64,000 nucleotides of DNA from an uncultured Gemmatimonadales bacterium (GCA_963823035.1 CAWGKG010000017.1:128001-192000), one strand, 5' to 3'. Positions 20,565-32,629 are shown, counted from the first letter of the stretch. The notes: a model not told the origin generated them from the sequence alone. Numbers and translations are program-made.

Positions 20565-23482
20565 CTACCGACCCGCGGGCCGCACGGTCGAGGCCGCCAG
20601 CTTCCGTCGCATCGCCGCGGCCCGCGCCCCGTCCCCGATGCGCTCGTAGAACGCCTGCGGCCCGCTCGAGGGACGCGCGCGTGCGTTCGTCGTCTCACGC
20701 CGAGGCTCGCCTCCAGCGCGGCCGCGCTCCCGGACAGGAGGGTGTCCGCCTCGGCGCGCCGACCCAGGGCCGCCAGGCACTCGCCGAGGACGCTGCGGGT
20801 GAGCGCGATGCCCCAGTGGTCCGGGGCGAGGATCGCTTCCCTCATCCGGAGCGCCTCCCTGAGGAGCGGCTCCGCCTCGCGGGCGCGGTCCGTCCGCACG
20901 AGGAGATCTCCGAGCAGGGCGAGCGTCGTGGCGGTGTTCGCATGCGTTGCCGGGAGGTGCTCCCGCTGGACGTCGAGGGCCCTTCGAAGCGCCTCCTCCG
21001 CCTCGGCGGTTCTGCCCTGGAGATCGAGGACACGACCGAGGTTGGCGAGGAACGTCGCCCTCACCGCGACGGGCGCCGAGGCGTTCTTCTCCATCTCGGC
21101 GATCGCCGCCCGGTACTCGCCCTCCGCCTCGGCGTAGTGACCCTCCTCCTCGATCACATGGCCGAGGTTGTTGTGGCCTATGGCGATGTCGAGGTGCCCC
21201 GGCAGAAGGACCCGCTGCATGATCGCGAGCGCATCGCGGTCCATCTGCTCGGCCTCGTCCAACCTGCGCTGGGCGAGCAGCATGCTCCCCAGGTTGCTCA
21301 TCACGGTGGCCACGCGCTGGTGATCCTCCCCGTAGCTCTTCCGCCAGATCGCCAGCGCCTGTCGCGCCGCCTCTTCCGCTTCCTCCGAACGCCCCTGCGC
21401 CTGCAGCAGCGCGGACAGGTTGTTCCACGCCAACCCGGTGGAGGGGTTGGCGTCGCCCATCACGCGGCGGCGCAGCGCGAGCACCCGGCGCATGATCGGC
21501 TCCGCGTCGGTGAGCTTGCTCTGCAGGTAGAGCGCCTGTCCGAGGTTGTTCAGCGACGTGATCGTGACGGGATCGTCCTCCCCCTTCGCGTTCACGTTCC
21601 GCTCCCATGCCTCCCGCGCCAGCGGCTCCGCTTCCACCGCCTCGCGCCGGTTCAGCAGGACCGAGACCCGCGCGTCCAGGGCCGAAGCAAGCAGCGTGTC
21701 CGACCCGGAGCGGCGGGCCCGGTCGACCGCGTCGAGCACCACCGAGTCCGCCTCGTTCAGGCGGCCCGACCGACGGAGGGCGGCGACCAGGTTCACGCGG
21801 GCAGCCACCGCGCCGGCCGCCCGGCTCGGGTCGGCGTCCAGGCCCGCGATGGCGCTGCGTATCAGCACGGCGGCCGAATCGAACTGGCCGAGGTCGGTCG
21901 CGACCGACCCGAGGCGCCAGAGGAACTCGGCGGATGACGGCGGCTCGTCGCCACCCGAGCGCAGCCTGAGCGCGAGCCCCCGCTCGAGGATGGGGCGCGC
22001 GTCGCGGTTGAGCCCGAGGCTGGTGTAGACGTTCCCGAGGGTGTAGAGGAGCGCGGCCTGCACCTCCGGCTCATCGGCCAACTCGGTCGGCACGCGCTGC
22101 ACGGCGCTGTCCAGCACCTCCCGCGCCGTGATCGTCGTGCCCCGTGCCTCGCTGGGATCGGAGACGCTGAAGAGCCGCTCGAGGAAGGCCGTCACCTGCT
22201 CGGACTTGCGCGTCTCCTGCCGTGCCAGGTCACGCTCACGCGCCAGACGCGCCGTGTAGAAGGCGCTCAGCCCGACGACGACGAGGACGATCCCGACACC
22301 CGCCAGGACCGCGCCGCGATGGCGCGACACGAACTTCCGGAGGCGGTAGGCCCGGGTCGCGGGGCGTGCCAGCACGGGCTGGCGATCGAGGTACCGACCG
22401 ATGTCGTCCGACAGTCGCTCCACGGACGGATAGCGACGGGACGGCTCCTTCTCGAGCGCGGTGAGCAGGATGGCGTCGAGATCGCGGTCGAGCGGCTCCG
22501 TGCTCCCGTCCGCGCGGACGCGCCGCGCCTGGGCACGGCTGGGCGGCTGCGGCGGCTCCTCGAGGATCGCCCTGGCGAGCTCGGTGCCCCGCCGCGTGGA
22601 CGCGCCGTACGGCAGCACGCCCGTGAGGAGCTTGTAGAGCAGGATGCCGAGCGCGTACACGTCGGCCACCGTGGTGATCGGCTCGCCGCGCACCTGCTCG
22701 GGGCTCGCGTAGGCGGGCGTGAGCAGCCCTCCCGCCATGGCCGTCTGCGTGGGGCCCTCGCGCTCCTTGCCGCTCGGCTCGAGCAGCTTCGCCACCCCGA
22801 AGTCCAACAGCTTGGGGGTGCCGTCCTCCGACACCAGGATGTTGGACGGCTTGATGTCGCGGTGCACCACCAGACGCCGATGTGCGTGCTGCACCGCGTC
22901 GCACGCCTTGCGGAAGAGGAGGAGGCGCTCGCGGACACCGAGCCCATGGCGGTCGGCGTAGTCGTCGATCGGCTCGCCGTCGATGTACTCCATGACCAGA
23001 TACGGCGTACCGTCGTCCGCCGCGCCGCCGTCGAGCAGGCGCGCGATGTTCGGATGCCGCAGGTCGGCGAGGATCTGCCGTTCCGCGAGGAAGCGGCGCA
23101 GGACTTCGGGAGCGGCGACCGATGCGCGCACGAACTTGATCGCCACGCGCGCCTCGTACGCGGCGTCGGCACGCTCGGCCAGGTAGACGGTGCCCATCCC
23201 GCCGCGCGCGATCTCCTCGAGGAGGCGGTAGCGTCCGACCGTGCGTCCGATCCAGGAGAAGGCCGTCGCTTCGGCGAGGTCCGAAGCGGCGTCGCGCACC
23301 AGCCCCTTGAGTCGATCCACCACCGGTGCCCCGTCCGCGGCCAGCAGCGACATGACCTCGGCCAGGAGCTCGGCGTCGTCCCCGGCTTCGGCACGCAGGT
23401 ACGCCTCGCGTTCCTCCGGGGGGAGGTCGAGCGCGCCTTCGAACAACTCCTGGACCCGCTGCCAACGCTCGGAACCCGTCAT
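20565..23482 (-). CDS. Hanks-type Ser/Thr protein kinase with TM helix and TPR repeats (C-terminal frameshift)
   Basis: ERWQRVQELF N-domain, GGMGTVY, VAIK, HRDIKPSN, DFG, YASPEQ, one TM helix, then kinesin-light-chain-like TPRs (SLNNLG, AWNNL, HNNLG). True end inferred. Confidence 0.92.
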
Positions 23483-23707
23483 GGCGCTCCTGCCGATGCT
23501 CGGCCGATCGAAGGAGATTGAGGTACCTTCGGCGTGAAGGTGGCTTCCGGGGGACGCACGTCAAGCGGACCCCAGCCGCGCACGGACGCCCTCTCGGCGG
23601 GGCGGCGATCGAGTGGCACCCCCGCATGATGGAATCCGCGGGCTTTCGACGCTCTCTGGAATGAAGGGTCCGCTCGGGCCCACCTACGTCCCGACGGAGA
23701 TCTGCCC

Positions 23708-24578
23708 ATGAAGCTGCGATCGAGCATCGTGCGCTGGACGACCACCCTGGTGGTGGGGGGCCTCCTGGCCTGCGGCGGCGACGGCGGCGATCCGCTCCAG
23801 GTCGAGGACGCGGGCGACCCGAGCGCCGGTGAGTCGCCCGTGACCGGGGGCAACTGGTACCGCCCCTCCACCGCCGTGACCTGGACGTGGCAGCTCGACC
23901 GGGACGGTTCCAGCGGGCCGCAACGTGGCGCTCTACGACATCGACCTCTTCGAGACCACCGCCGGCTTCGTGGCGACGCTGAAGGAGCGAGGTGTGCGGG
24001 TGGTGTGCTACTTCTCGGCCGGCTCGTGGGAGGAGGTGCGCCCGGACGCGCAGGCCTTTCCGCCCGCGACGCGCGGGAAGAAGCTGGACAACTGGCCCGA
24101 GAACTGGCTCGACATCCGCTCCGAGGCGGTCTTCACGGCGCTCGAGGCGCGGCTGCGGCTGGCCAAGCTGAAGGGGTGCGACGCGGTCGAGCCCGACAAC
24201 GTGGACGGCTTCACCAACGACACGGGCTTCCCCCTCACGGCCACCGACCAGCTCGTGTTCAACCGCCGACTGTCGAACGCCGCCCATCGGCTCGGAGCTC
24301 GGTGTGGCCCTGAAGAACGACGGGGACCAGGCGGAGCTCCTGGTGGACTACTACGACTTCGCGCTCAACGAGGAGTGCCACGCCTACGACGAGTGCGACC
24401 AGTGGGTCCCCTTCGTGGACGCGGGCAAGGCTGTGCTGAACGCGGAATACGCCTCCTCGCAGTCGGCGGCCTCCGGGCTGGCGTCGAGCGTCTGCGCGGC
24501 CGCGACGTCGCGACGGGGCTGCGCAGCGTGATCTTCCCCCACGACCTCGACGGCTCGTGGGAGGTACCCTGCTGGTGA
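23708..24578 (+). CDS. GH114 endo-alpha-1,4-polygalactosaminidase-like lipoprotein (frameshifted)
   Basis: Lipobox LLAC, WTWQL, YDIDLF, VCYFSAGSWE, ENWLDIR, KGCDAVEPDNVD, LKND and NEECH.YDEC. Confidence 0.85.
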
Positions 24579-24779
24579 GGTGAGCGGTGGGCGGCGGCGG
24601 GCGCTCGCGTAGGGGATCGACCGTCGCCGCGCCCTGCCGGGGCGCTCGAACCCGCGCTTCTCCCGCGACCGGGGCGCCCCTCGGGCGCCCCACGACCCGC
24701 CTTGCGGTCCATTTCACCCGCCCCTACACTGCGCGGATTCCCCGTTCGATCTCGCGATGAGCGAGGTGCATCGTGGGCG

Positions 24780-24793
24780 ATATACAATATCCA
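24780..24793. promoter_or_regulatory. Putative GntR/FCD operator 1, upstream of SSS-M20
   Basis: Minus strand reads TGGATAT TGTATAT. Contains a TACAAT -10-like hexamer on the plus strand. Confidence 0.6.
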
Positions 24794-24839
24794 TGACGAG
24801 TGAGGGCGGAATGACGCCGGCCCGAATCGAGCCGCCGAA

Positions 24840-26255
24840 GTGACCCCCGACCCCCTCGCCTCCGCGGGGCTGTACCTGGGCTTCCTGCTCGGGTACTCGG
24901 TCCTCCTGGTGGCCTTCGGCCTCCTGGTGTCGCGCCGCGTCGAGGGGAGCGGGAGCTTCTTCGTCGCGGACCGCAGGCTCGGCCCCGGGCTCGTCTTCTC
25001 GACGTTCCTCGCCGCGAACATCGGCGCGGGATCCGTGATCGGCGCGTCCGGCCTGGGCTACCGCGACGGGATCTCCGCGTGGTGGTGGGTCGGGTCGGCC
25101 GGCATCGGCTCCCTCCTGCTCGCCGTGTGGATCGGGCCCCGGATCTGGCGGGTGGCGACGCAGAACGGGCTCTACACCGCGGGCGACTATCTCGAGCAAC
25201 GGTACGGCAGCTCGGTTCGCGCCACGATCGCCACCCTCCTCTGGTTCCTCACGCTCGTGATCCTGGCGGCGCAGCTCATCGCCATGTCCCAGATCCTCGA
25301 GTGGGTGGTCGGCACGCCCCGGTGGGCGGGCGCGGTGATCGGCGGCATCGTCATGACCGCGTACTTCACCGCGGGCGGGCTGCTCTCCTCGGCGTGGGTC
25401 AACCTCGCGCAGATCGGCGTGCTGCTCGCGGGCTTCGGGATCGGCCTCCCGCTCGCCCTGTCCCGCGCCGGCGGATGGGGAGCGGTCGCGGCGGCCGCAC
25501 CGCGGGACCCGAACCTCGCCAACTTCCTCGTGGGCCCCGGGTCCGGGTTCATCCTGGTGGCGCTCCTGGTGCCCGCCTTCATCATCTCGCCCGGACTCCT
25601 GCAGAAGGGTTTCGGCGCGCGGGACGAGCGCGCGTTGCGCATGGGCGTGGGCGTGCAGGGGCTCGTGCTCATGCTGTTCGCCTTCGTCCCCGCGATCATG
25701 GGGATGATCGCCCGCGTGTACGACCCGGCGCTCGCGAACCCCGAGTTCGCCATCCCGATCGTGCTCACGACGGGGCTCCCGCCCTTCCTCGGCGCCCTGG
25801 GCCTCGCCGCGATCTTCTCGGCGGAGGTCAGCTCCGCGGACGCCATCCTCTTCATGCTGTCCACGTCGCTCTCGAAGGACCTCTACAAGCGATACGTGGC
25901 GGCCGATGCGTCCGACGCCCAGGTGCTGCGCGTCGCGCGCGGCGCTGCGGTGGTGGGCGGGATCGCCGGCGTGCTCCTCGCGGTCGTCATCCCGACGGTG
26001 ATCGACTCGCTGCGTGTGTTCTACTCGCTCCTCTCGGTGAGTCTCTTCGTGCCGATCGTGGCCGGGCTGCACGCGCGCCGCGGCGGTGCGCCGGAGGCGC
26101 TCGCCGCCATCGGGGTGGGGATCGCGGTGCTCTTCACCGTCCGCCTCTCCGGGCTGAACCACGCCTCGCGCCTCCTCGACCCCACCCTGCTGGGGATCGT
26201 CGCGTCCGCCGTGGCCTTCGCGGTGGTGCTCCAGCTCCGCGGCGACCGGACATGA
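24840..26255 (+). CDS. Sodium:solute symporter (SSS), candidate pantothenate importer
   Basis: About 13 TM helices, FFVADRRLG, AANIGAGSVIG, GDYLEQRYG and AAIFSAEVSSAD. Substrate inferred from context only. Confidence 0.88.
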   Translation: MTPDPLASAGLYLGFLLGYSVLLVAFGLLVSRRVEGSGSFFVADRRLGPGLVFSTFLAANIGAGSVIGASGLGYRDGISAWWWVGSAGIGSLLLAVWIGPRIWRVATQNGLYTAGDYLEQRYGSSVRATIATLLWFLTLVILAAQLIAMSQILEWVVGTPRWAGAVIGGIVMTAYFTAGGLLSSAWVNLAQIGVLLAGFGIGLPLALSRAGGWGAVAAAAPRDPNLANFLVGPGSGFILVALLVPAFIISPGLLQKGFGARDERALRMGVGVQGLVLMLFAFVPAIMGMIARVYDPALANPEFAIPIVLTTGLPPFLGALGLAAIFSAEVSSADAILFMLSTSLSKDLYKRYVAADASDAQVLRVARGAAVVGGIAGVLLAVVIPTVIDSLRVFYSLLSVSLFVPIVAGLHARRGGAPEALAAIGVGIAVLFTVRLSGLNHASRLLDPTLLGIVASAVAFAVVLQLRGDRT

Positions 26256-27554
26256 CGCCTCCCGGCGGCGTGTCCGCCTCCCTCCAGGACCGCATCCTCC
26301 GCGCCGTGGAGGCGCTGACCGACGAGGTGGTCGACTTCACCTCGGAGCTCGTGCGCATCCCGACGGTGAACCCGCCGGGCGACCTCTACGAGGACTGCGC
26401 GCGCGCCATCGGCGCGCGGCTCGACCGCTTCGGCTTCGAGGTCGAGTACCACGTCGCCGAGGAGCGTCCGGAGCACACGCCCGAGCACCCGCGCGTCAAC
26501 GTGGTCGGCACGCTGCCCGGGAGCCGCCCCAACCCGCTGGTCCACCTCAACGGCCACTTCGACGTCGTGCCGGTGGGCGCCGGCTGGACGGTCGATCCCT
26601 TCGGCGGCGAGGTCCGCGACGGACGCATCTACGGGCGCGGCGTCGCCGACATGAAGGCGGGGCTCGCCGCCGCCGTCTACGCGGTGGAGGCGCTGCGCCG
26701 CGCGGGGGTGCGGCTCGCCGGGACCGTGGAGGTGTCGGGCACCGTCGACGAGGAGAGCGGTGGCTGGGCGGGCATGGCGCACCTGGCCCGCAAGGGGAGG
26801 CTGGCGCGCGGACGCACGGATGCCGTGATCATCCCCGAGCCGCTGCAGGTGGACCGCATCTGCATCGGCCACAGGGGCGTGTACTGGTTCGAGGTGGAGA
26901 CGCACGGCCGCATCGCCCACGGCAGCATGCCCTTCCTCGGCACGAGCGCCATCGAGCACATGGGCGCGCTGCTGGACACGATCCGCCGCGAGCTCCTCCC
27001 CACCTATGCGGAGCGCGCGACCTCCGTGCCCGTGGTGCCGCCCGGCGCGCGCCACGCGACCCTGAACGTCAACGCGCTCCATGGCGGGCAGCCGGCCGGA
27101 GACCTCCAGACCCCGTGCGTGGCCGACAGCTGCAAGGCCGTGTTCGACCGGCGCTTCCTGATCGAGGAGGGCTTCGAGGCGGTGCGCACCGAGATCGTCG
27201 GCCTCCTGGACGGCATCGGCGAGCGGGTTCCGGGCTTCCGCTACGACCTGCGCGACCTGATGGTGGTGGAGCCGACGCAGACGCCTCCCGGACGCCTCCG
27301 TCGTGAAGGCCCTGGGCACCGCGATCTCCGGCGTGCTGGGTCGGGATGCCACGCTGATCGCGAGCCCCGGCACGTACGACCACAAGCACGTGGCCCGGAT
27401 CGCGGGCGTGGAGAACTGCGTGGCGTACGGCCCGGGCGTGCTGGAGCAGGCCCATCAGCCCGACGAGTGGTGCTCCATCGAGGACCTGGTGCACGCCACG
27501 GGCGTCCTCGCGCTCGCGGTGGCCGACCTCGTGGGCGTGGACGGCGTGGCCTGA
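26252..27554 (+). CDS. M20 ArgE/DapE-like amidohydrolase (frameshift near 27290), candidate pantothenase
   Basis: NGHFDVVP, GRGVADMKAG, DEESGG, IPEP, AHGSMP and AHQPDE. No signal peptide. ATGA overlap with the SSS gene. Confidence 0.88.
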
Positions 27555-27568
27555 GCCGGCGCCGTCGA

Positions 27569-28631
27569 CTAGCAGACGCTCCCCGATCGCCGCCGCCATC
27601 TCGATGGTGGTGGCGCGCCCGCCCAGGTCGGGCGTGCGCACGGCCCCCTCGGCCAGCACCCCCTCGATGGCACCCACCAGCGCGTCGTGCGCGCGCTCGA
27701 GACCGAGGTGCCCCAGCATCAGCGCGCCCGCCCAGACCGTCCCGACCGGGTTGGCGATCCCCTGCCCCGCGATGTCGGGCGCGGACCCGTGGATGGGCTC
27801 GAACATCGAGGGGTGCCGCCGCTCGGGATTCAGGTTCGCGCCGGGCGCGAGGCCGAGGCTCCCCGTGAGCGCCGCGCCCAGGTCCGTGAGGATGTCCCCG
27901 AAGAGGTTCGATCCCACGATCACGTCCAGGGTGTGCGGATGGGTCACCATGCGCGCGGCGAGCGCGTCCACGTGGTACGGCCTCCACGTCACGTCCGGGA
28001 AGTCGGCGCCGACCTCCGCGACGACCTCGTCCCACAGGACCATGGCGTGCTGGAGCGCGTTCGACTTGGTGGCGCTGGCCAGGAGCCGCCGGGGCCGGCT
28101 CCGGGCGAGCGTGAAGGCGTAGCGCGCCACCCGCTCGATGCCGCGGCGCGTGAAGACCCCCGTCTGCTCGGCGCGCTCGTCCGGCGTGCCGGCATCGTAG
28201 CGTCCCCCGACGCCGGAGTACTCGCCCTCGCTGTTCTCGCGCACGCACACCATGTCGAAGTCGGGTGAGCCCGCGAGCGCACCCCGCACCCCCCGGAGCA
28301 GGCGCATGGGGCGCAGGTTCACGTACTGCTCGAAACGCTTCCGGATCGGGAGGATCAGCCCGTGCACCGAGACGTGGTCGGGCACGTCGGGACGGCCGAT
28401 CGCGCCGAGGAAGATGGCGTCGACCCGGGCGAGCCGTTCGAAGGCGTCCTCCGGCATCATGCGCCCGGTGGCCTTGTAGTGGTCGCACCCCCACGGGAAC
28501 GAGCGCCACTCGAGCTCGGCCCCCTCGACCGCGGCCGCCGCCTCGAGGAGCGGGACGGAAGCCTCGACGACCTCCGGGCCGATCCCGTCTCCCCCGACGA
28601 CGCCGATGCGCAGCCTGGGCGCCAACGTCAC
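27569..28631 (-). CDS. Tartrate/D-malate dehydrogenase-type beta-decarboxylating dehydrogenase, candidate dimethylmalate dehydrogenase
   Basis: GDGIGPEV, VNLRP, RENSEGEY, ATKSN, NLFGDILTDL and FEPIHGSAPDIAG. Likely stop (TAG at 27569-27571) is out of frame because of a terminal indel. Confidence 0.88.
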
Positions 28632-29453
28632 TCCATCCCGGGGGGCTGGAAGCGGCCGTCGATCGCGGTCCACCCGCCGTCCACGAACATCACGGAGCCG
28701 GTCACGTAGCTGGCCGCGTCCGTGAGGAGGAAGGCGGTGGGGCCGGCCATCTCGTGCGGCTGCGCCCAGCGCCCGAGGGCGCTGTGCCGAGCGTAGGCTT
28801 CGTACCACTGCTGCTGCGACTTGATGGGCTTCGTGAGCGGCGTCTCCACCACGCCCGGAGCCAGCGCGTTCACCCGCACCCCGTGCGGGCTCAGCTCGGC
28901 GGCGGCGGTACGCGCGAGCTGCACGATCCCCGCCTTGGTCGCCGCATACACGCTCTGGCCGGGCTCGACCACCTGGGCCCGGATCGACGAGAAGAGCACG
29001 ATGCTCCCCCGTCCGGCGTCACGCATGATGCGGCCGGCGGTCTGGAGGACGTTGAAGGTGCCGCCCAGGTTCATCGTGACCACCCGCTGCAGCTCCTCCG
29101 GCGTGTACGCGAGGATCGGCTTGCGCACGTTGATGCCCGGGGTGCACACCACGCCGTCCAGGCGCCCGTGCCGCGTAGCGAGCCCTCCGAGCGCCGCGCG
29201 CACCGCCCTCGGCGTCGCAGATGTCGATGCGGCCCGCCTCGGCGCCCTCCGCTCCGCCGTCGGACAGCGCGCCGGCCACCCGCGTGGCCGCGCCCTCGTC
29301 GATGTCGAGGCAGGCCACCGTCGCGCCGAGTCCGGCGCAGGTGTGGGCGACCGCCTCGCCGATGCCGCTTCCGGCACCGATGACCGCGACCACGCGCCCC
29401 TGGAGCCCGAAGAGCGCGGGGATGCCGTGAACGCCCGGATCGTGCTGGCTCAT
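28628..29453 (-). CDS. Short-chain dehydrogenase/reductase, probably NAD-dependent (frameshift near 29210), candidate pantoate 4-dehydrogenase
   Basis: GAGSGIG, acidic LDID after beta2, FSS, YAATK, VNALAPG and VDGGW. Confidence 0.88.
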
Positions 29454-29461
29454 CGTCGTCC

Positions 29462-30900
29462 TCAACCGTGGTGGATGGCGATCGTCTTGATGCGCGTGAA
29501 GCTCTCGAGCCCCGCCATGCCCTTCTCGCGGCCGTAGCCGGAGCGCTTCACCCCACCGAAGGGCAGCTCCACGCCGCCCCCCGCACCGTAGGTGTTCACG
29601 AACACCTGGCCGCAATCGAGCGCCCGGGCAACGCGCAGCTGCCGTCCGCCGTTCGTGGTCCACAGCCCGGCGACCAGCCCGTAGTCGGTGGCGTTGGCCA
29701 GGCGGATCGCCTCGGCCTCGTCGTCGAAGGAGCGTGGCCACGAGCACCGGACCGAACACCTCCTTGCACGACAGCTCGTGCTCGGGCTCGACCGGAGCGT
29801 ACAGCTTCGGGGTGATGTAGAACCCGCCCGCGGGGGTCTCGACCGTGTTTCGCCTCGGCGACCAGCGGAAGGTTCTCCGTGGCGGCGCGGGACAGGAAGC
29901 CGAGCACCCGCTCGGCCTGCGTGGCCGAGATCAGCGGCCCGCAGTCCGGGTCCTCCTCGGCCGGTCCCACCCGCGTCGACTCGAAGCGTGCCGACAGCGC
30001 GTCCACCACCTCGTCGAAGCGGCTCCTCTCGACCAGGATGCGGCTCCCGGCCGAGCAGGTCTGCCCGGCGTTCTGGATGAGCGCGCCGTAGAGCGAGGGG
30101 AGCGCGAGGTCGAGGTCCGCGTCCGCGAATACGATCTGCGGTGACTTCCCGCCCAGCTCCATCGTGGCGGGCCGGTTGTGCGTGGCGGCCGCCTGCTGCA
30201 CCAGCGCGCCCGTGGCGGGCGAGCCGGTGAAGGAGATGTGGTCGATGCCCGGATGCCCGGCGAGCGCCGCGCCCGCCTCGCCTCCGTAGCCGGTGACGAC
30301 GTTGAGCACGCCCGGAGGCAGCCCCGCCTCCAGCGCGAGGTCGGCGATGCGCAGGATGCTCTGACAGGCGTCCTCGCCCGGCTTGATCACGGCGCAGTTG
30401 CCCGCCGCCAGCGAGGCGATCACGGACCGTCCGAACATCTGCGCCGGGTAGTTCCAGGGGATGATGTGGGCGGTGACGCCGAACGGCTCCCGGAGCGTGA
30501 GGACCAGGTAGCCCTCCTCGTAGGGGAGCGTCTCGCCGTGCAGCTTGTCCGCGGCGCCGCCGTAGAACTCGCAGTACCGCGCGCACGCCGCGATGTCCTT
30601 CTTCGCCTGGGCGAGCGGCTTGCCCACGTCGCGGCACTCGACGAGCGAAAGCTCCTCGTGGTTCGCCTGGATCCGCTCGGCGAGGCGCGACAGGATGCGG
30701 CCCCGGTCGGCGGGCGAGACCCTCGACCAGGTCTCTTCGAAGGTCCTGCGCGCGGAGCGGACGGCCTCGTCGATCTCGTCGGCGCCCCCGCGCGCGAGGT
30801 CTCCGAGCGATCCTCCGGTGCTCGGGTTCACCACGGGGATCGTCCGCCCGTCGTTGGCCTCTCTCCAGCTCCCGTCGATGTGGATCGTACGGCCGTTCAT
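29462..30900 (-). CDS. NAD-dependent aldehyde dehydrogenase (frameshifts about 29730-29850), candidate dehydropantoate dehydrogenase
   Basis: IIPWNYP, FTGS, ELGGKSP, NAGQTCSAG (catalytic Cys), FGPV and PFGGVKRSGYGREKG. Confidence 0.9.
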
Positions 30901-30941
30901 GGGTCTCGCTTCTCGATGGCGGGGTATGAAAATCGTGCTTA

Positions 30942-30955
30942 GTATACAGCATCCA
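30942..30955. promoter_or_regulatory. Putative GntR/FCD operator 2, in the divergent ALDH/phoD intergenic region
   Basis: Minus strand reads TGGATGC TGTATAC, matching operator 1 at 11 of 14 positions. Confidence 0.62.
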
Positions 30956-30985
30956 ACGACAGCCGGCGACCGGCGAATCCCTCCT

Positions 30986-32607
30986 ATGAAGACACCGCGC
31001 ATCCTAACCCGGCGAGGGTTTCTGACCACCTCCGTGGCAGCCGCCGCGGGCACCGTCGCAGGTGAGCCGCTGCTGCGCGGCGCGCTCCTCGGCGCACCCG
31101 CGATCATCGGGTCCGAGCGGCAGCTTCCGACGCTCCCGAGCGGCGTCCAGGTGGGCGACGTGACCGACGCCCGCGCGCTCGTCTGGAGCCGGAGCGACCG
31201 CCCTGCCCGCATGTGGGTGGACTGGGCCACCAACGACCGATTCGTGGACGCGCGCACGGTGCGCGGCCCCGCGGCCCTCGAGCACGGGGACTTCACGGCC
31301 GCCCTCGACCTGCGCGACCTCCCCGCCAACGAGGAGATCGTCTACCGCGTCCGCTTCGAGAGCCTCGACCTTCCCGGCACCTGGAGCGAGCCCGCGCTCG
31401 GGCGCTTCCGCACGGCGCCGTCGCCGGGCGACACCGGGGGCCGCCGCATCCGGATCGCGTTCACCGCGGACCTGGTCGGCCAGGGTTGGGGCATCGACGT
31501 CGACCGGGGCGGCATCCGGACGTTCGAGACCATGAGGCAGGCCGAGCCGGACGTCTTCATCCACTCGGGCGACATCATCTACGCGGACCAGCCGCTCGAG
31601 GCCGAGGTGCGTGCTCGACGACCAGACCGTCTGGCGCAACCTCGTCACCGAGCCGAAGTCGAAGGTGGCCCAGACGCTCGAGGACTTCCGCGGCTGCTAC
31701 GCCTACAACCTCCTCGACGAGAACACGCGCCGCTTCAACGCCTCCGTGCCGTGGATCGCGCAGTGGGACGACCACGAGGTCCTCAACAACTGGTTCCCCG
31801 GGCTGCAGCTCGATCGCGACGAGCGTTACCGGGTGAAGAGCGCGTCGCTCCTGGCGGCCCGTGCGCGGCAGGCGTTCTTCGACTACGTGCCCGTGCGCCA
31901 CAGCCCCGAGGACGGAGAGCGCATCTACAGGAACTTCGCCTGGGGATCGCTGGTCGAGATCTTCGTGCTCGACCTGCGCAGCTACCGCGGCCCCAACACC
32001 GCCAACCACGACAGCGAGCGTGGACCGCGGGCGGCCTTCATGGGCCCCGAGCAGCTCGCCTGGCTCCAGAACGCGCTCCGCTCGAGCCGCGCCACCTGGA
32101 AGATCATCGCCTCGGACCTCCCGATCGGCCTGATCGTGCCGGACTTACCCGCGCGACGGGGGCCCGACGTACGAGGCGTGGGCCAACGCCGACGACGGCC
32201 CGCCCCTCGGCCGCGAGATGGAGCTGGCGCAGCTCCTCTCCTTCATGAAGCGCGAGCGCATCCGGAACACGGTCTGGGTCACCGCCGACGTGCACTACGC
32301 GGCGGCCCACCACTACGCGCCGGAGCGCGCCACCTTCACGGACTTCGACCCGTTCTGGGAGATCGTGGCCGGGCCGATGCACGCGGGCACCTTCGGTCCG
32401 AACAAGCTGGACGGGACGTTCGGGCCCGAGGTGCGCTTCTCGTCGATCGCCGGCGGCATCGAGCCGAACCGCCCTCCGAGCGAGGGGCTCCAGTTCTTCG
32501 GGACGCTCGACGTCGACCCCGCGACGCGGGCGCTCACGGCCGCGCTGCACAACGTGGGCGGCGAGCGGATCTGGCGGATGGAGCTGGCGCCCGACGGGGA
32601 GGGCTGA
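30986..32607 (+). CDS. phoD: Alkaline phosphatase D (PhoD) family phosphatase/phosphodiesterase, Tat-exported (frameshifts near 31610 and 32150)
   Basis: TRRGFL Tat motif, GVQVGDV, WSRSDRP, HSGDIIYAD, QWDDHE, LDLRSYR and TADVHY. Confidence 0.9.
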
Positions 32608-32629
32608 CCTCCCCGCCGGGCACGCCGCG

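Noticed and set aside
24671..24691. GGGGCGCCC-ctc-GGGCGCCCC hairpin after the GH114 gene
   Set aside because: A 9-bp all-GC stem without a U-tract is plausible by chance at this GC content.
26252..27554. argE or dapE biosynthetic assignment
   Set aside because: No arginine or lysine biosynthesis genes nearby. The gene is coupled to an importer in a catabolic context, so only the family call is supported.
25079..27868. 929-aa ORF suggesting a long N-terminal extension on the M20 hydrolase
   Set aside because: The extension is an alternative frame of the SSS gene. The real start is the ATG at 26252, overlapping the SSS stop.
27569..28631. Reading the locus as a classical tartrate utilisation (ttu) cluster
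   Set aside because: No TtuB-type MFS transporter, glycerate kinase/TtuD, pyruvate kinase or LysR regulator. The neighbouring SDR and ALDH imply the substrate is generated upstream.
30986..32607. phoD as simply a phosphate-starvation (Pho regulon) gene
   Set aside because: No pst or phoBR genes and no evident Pho box. It shares an 85-nt divergent region carrying the locus motif. Not fully excluded.
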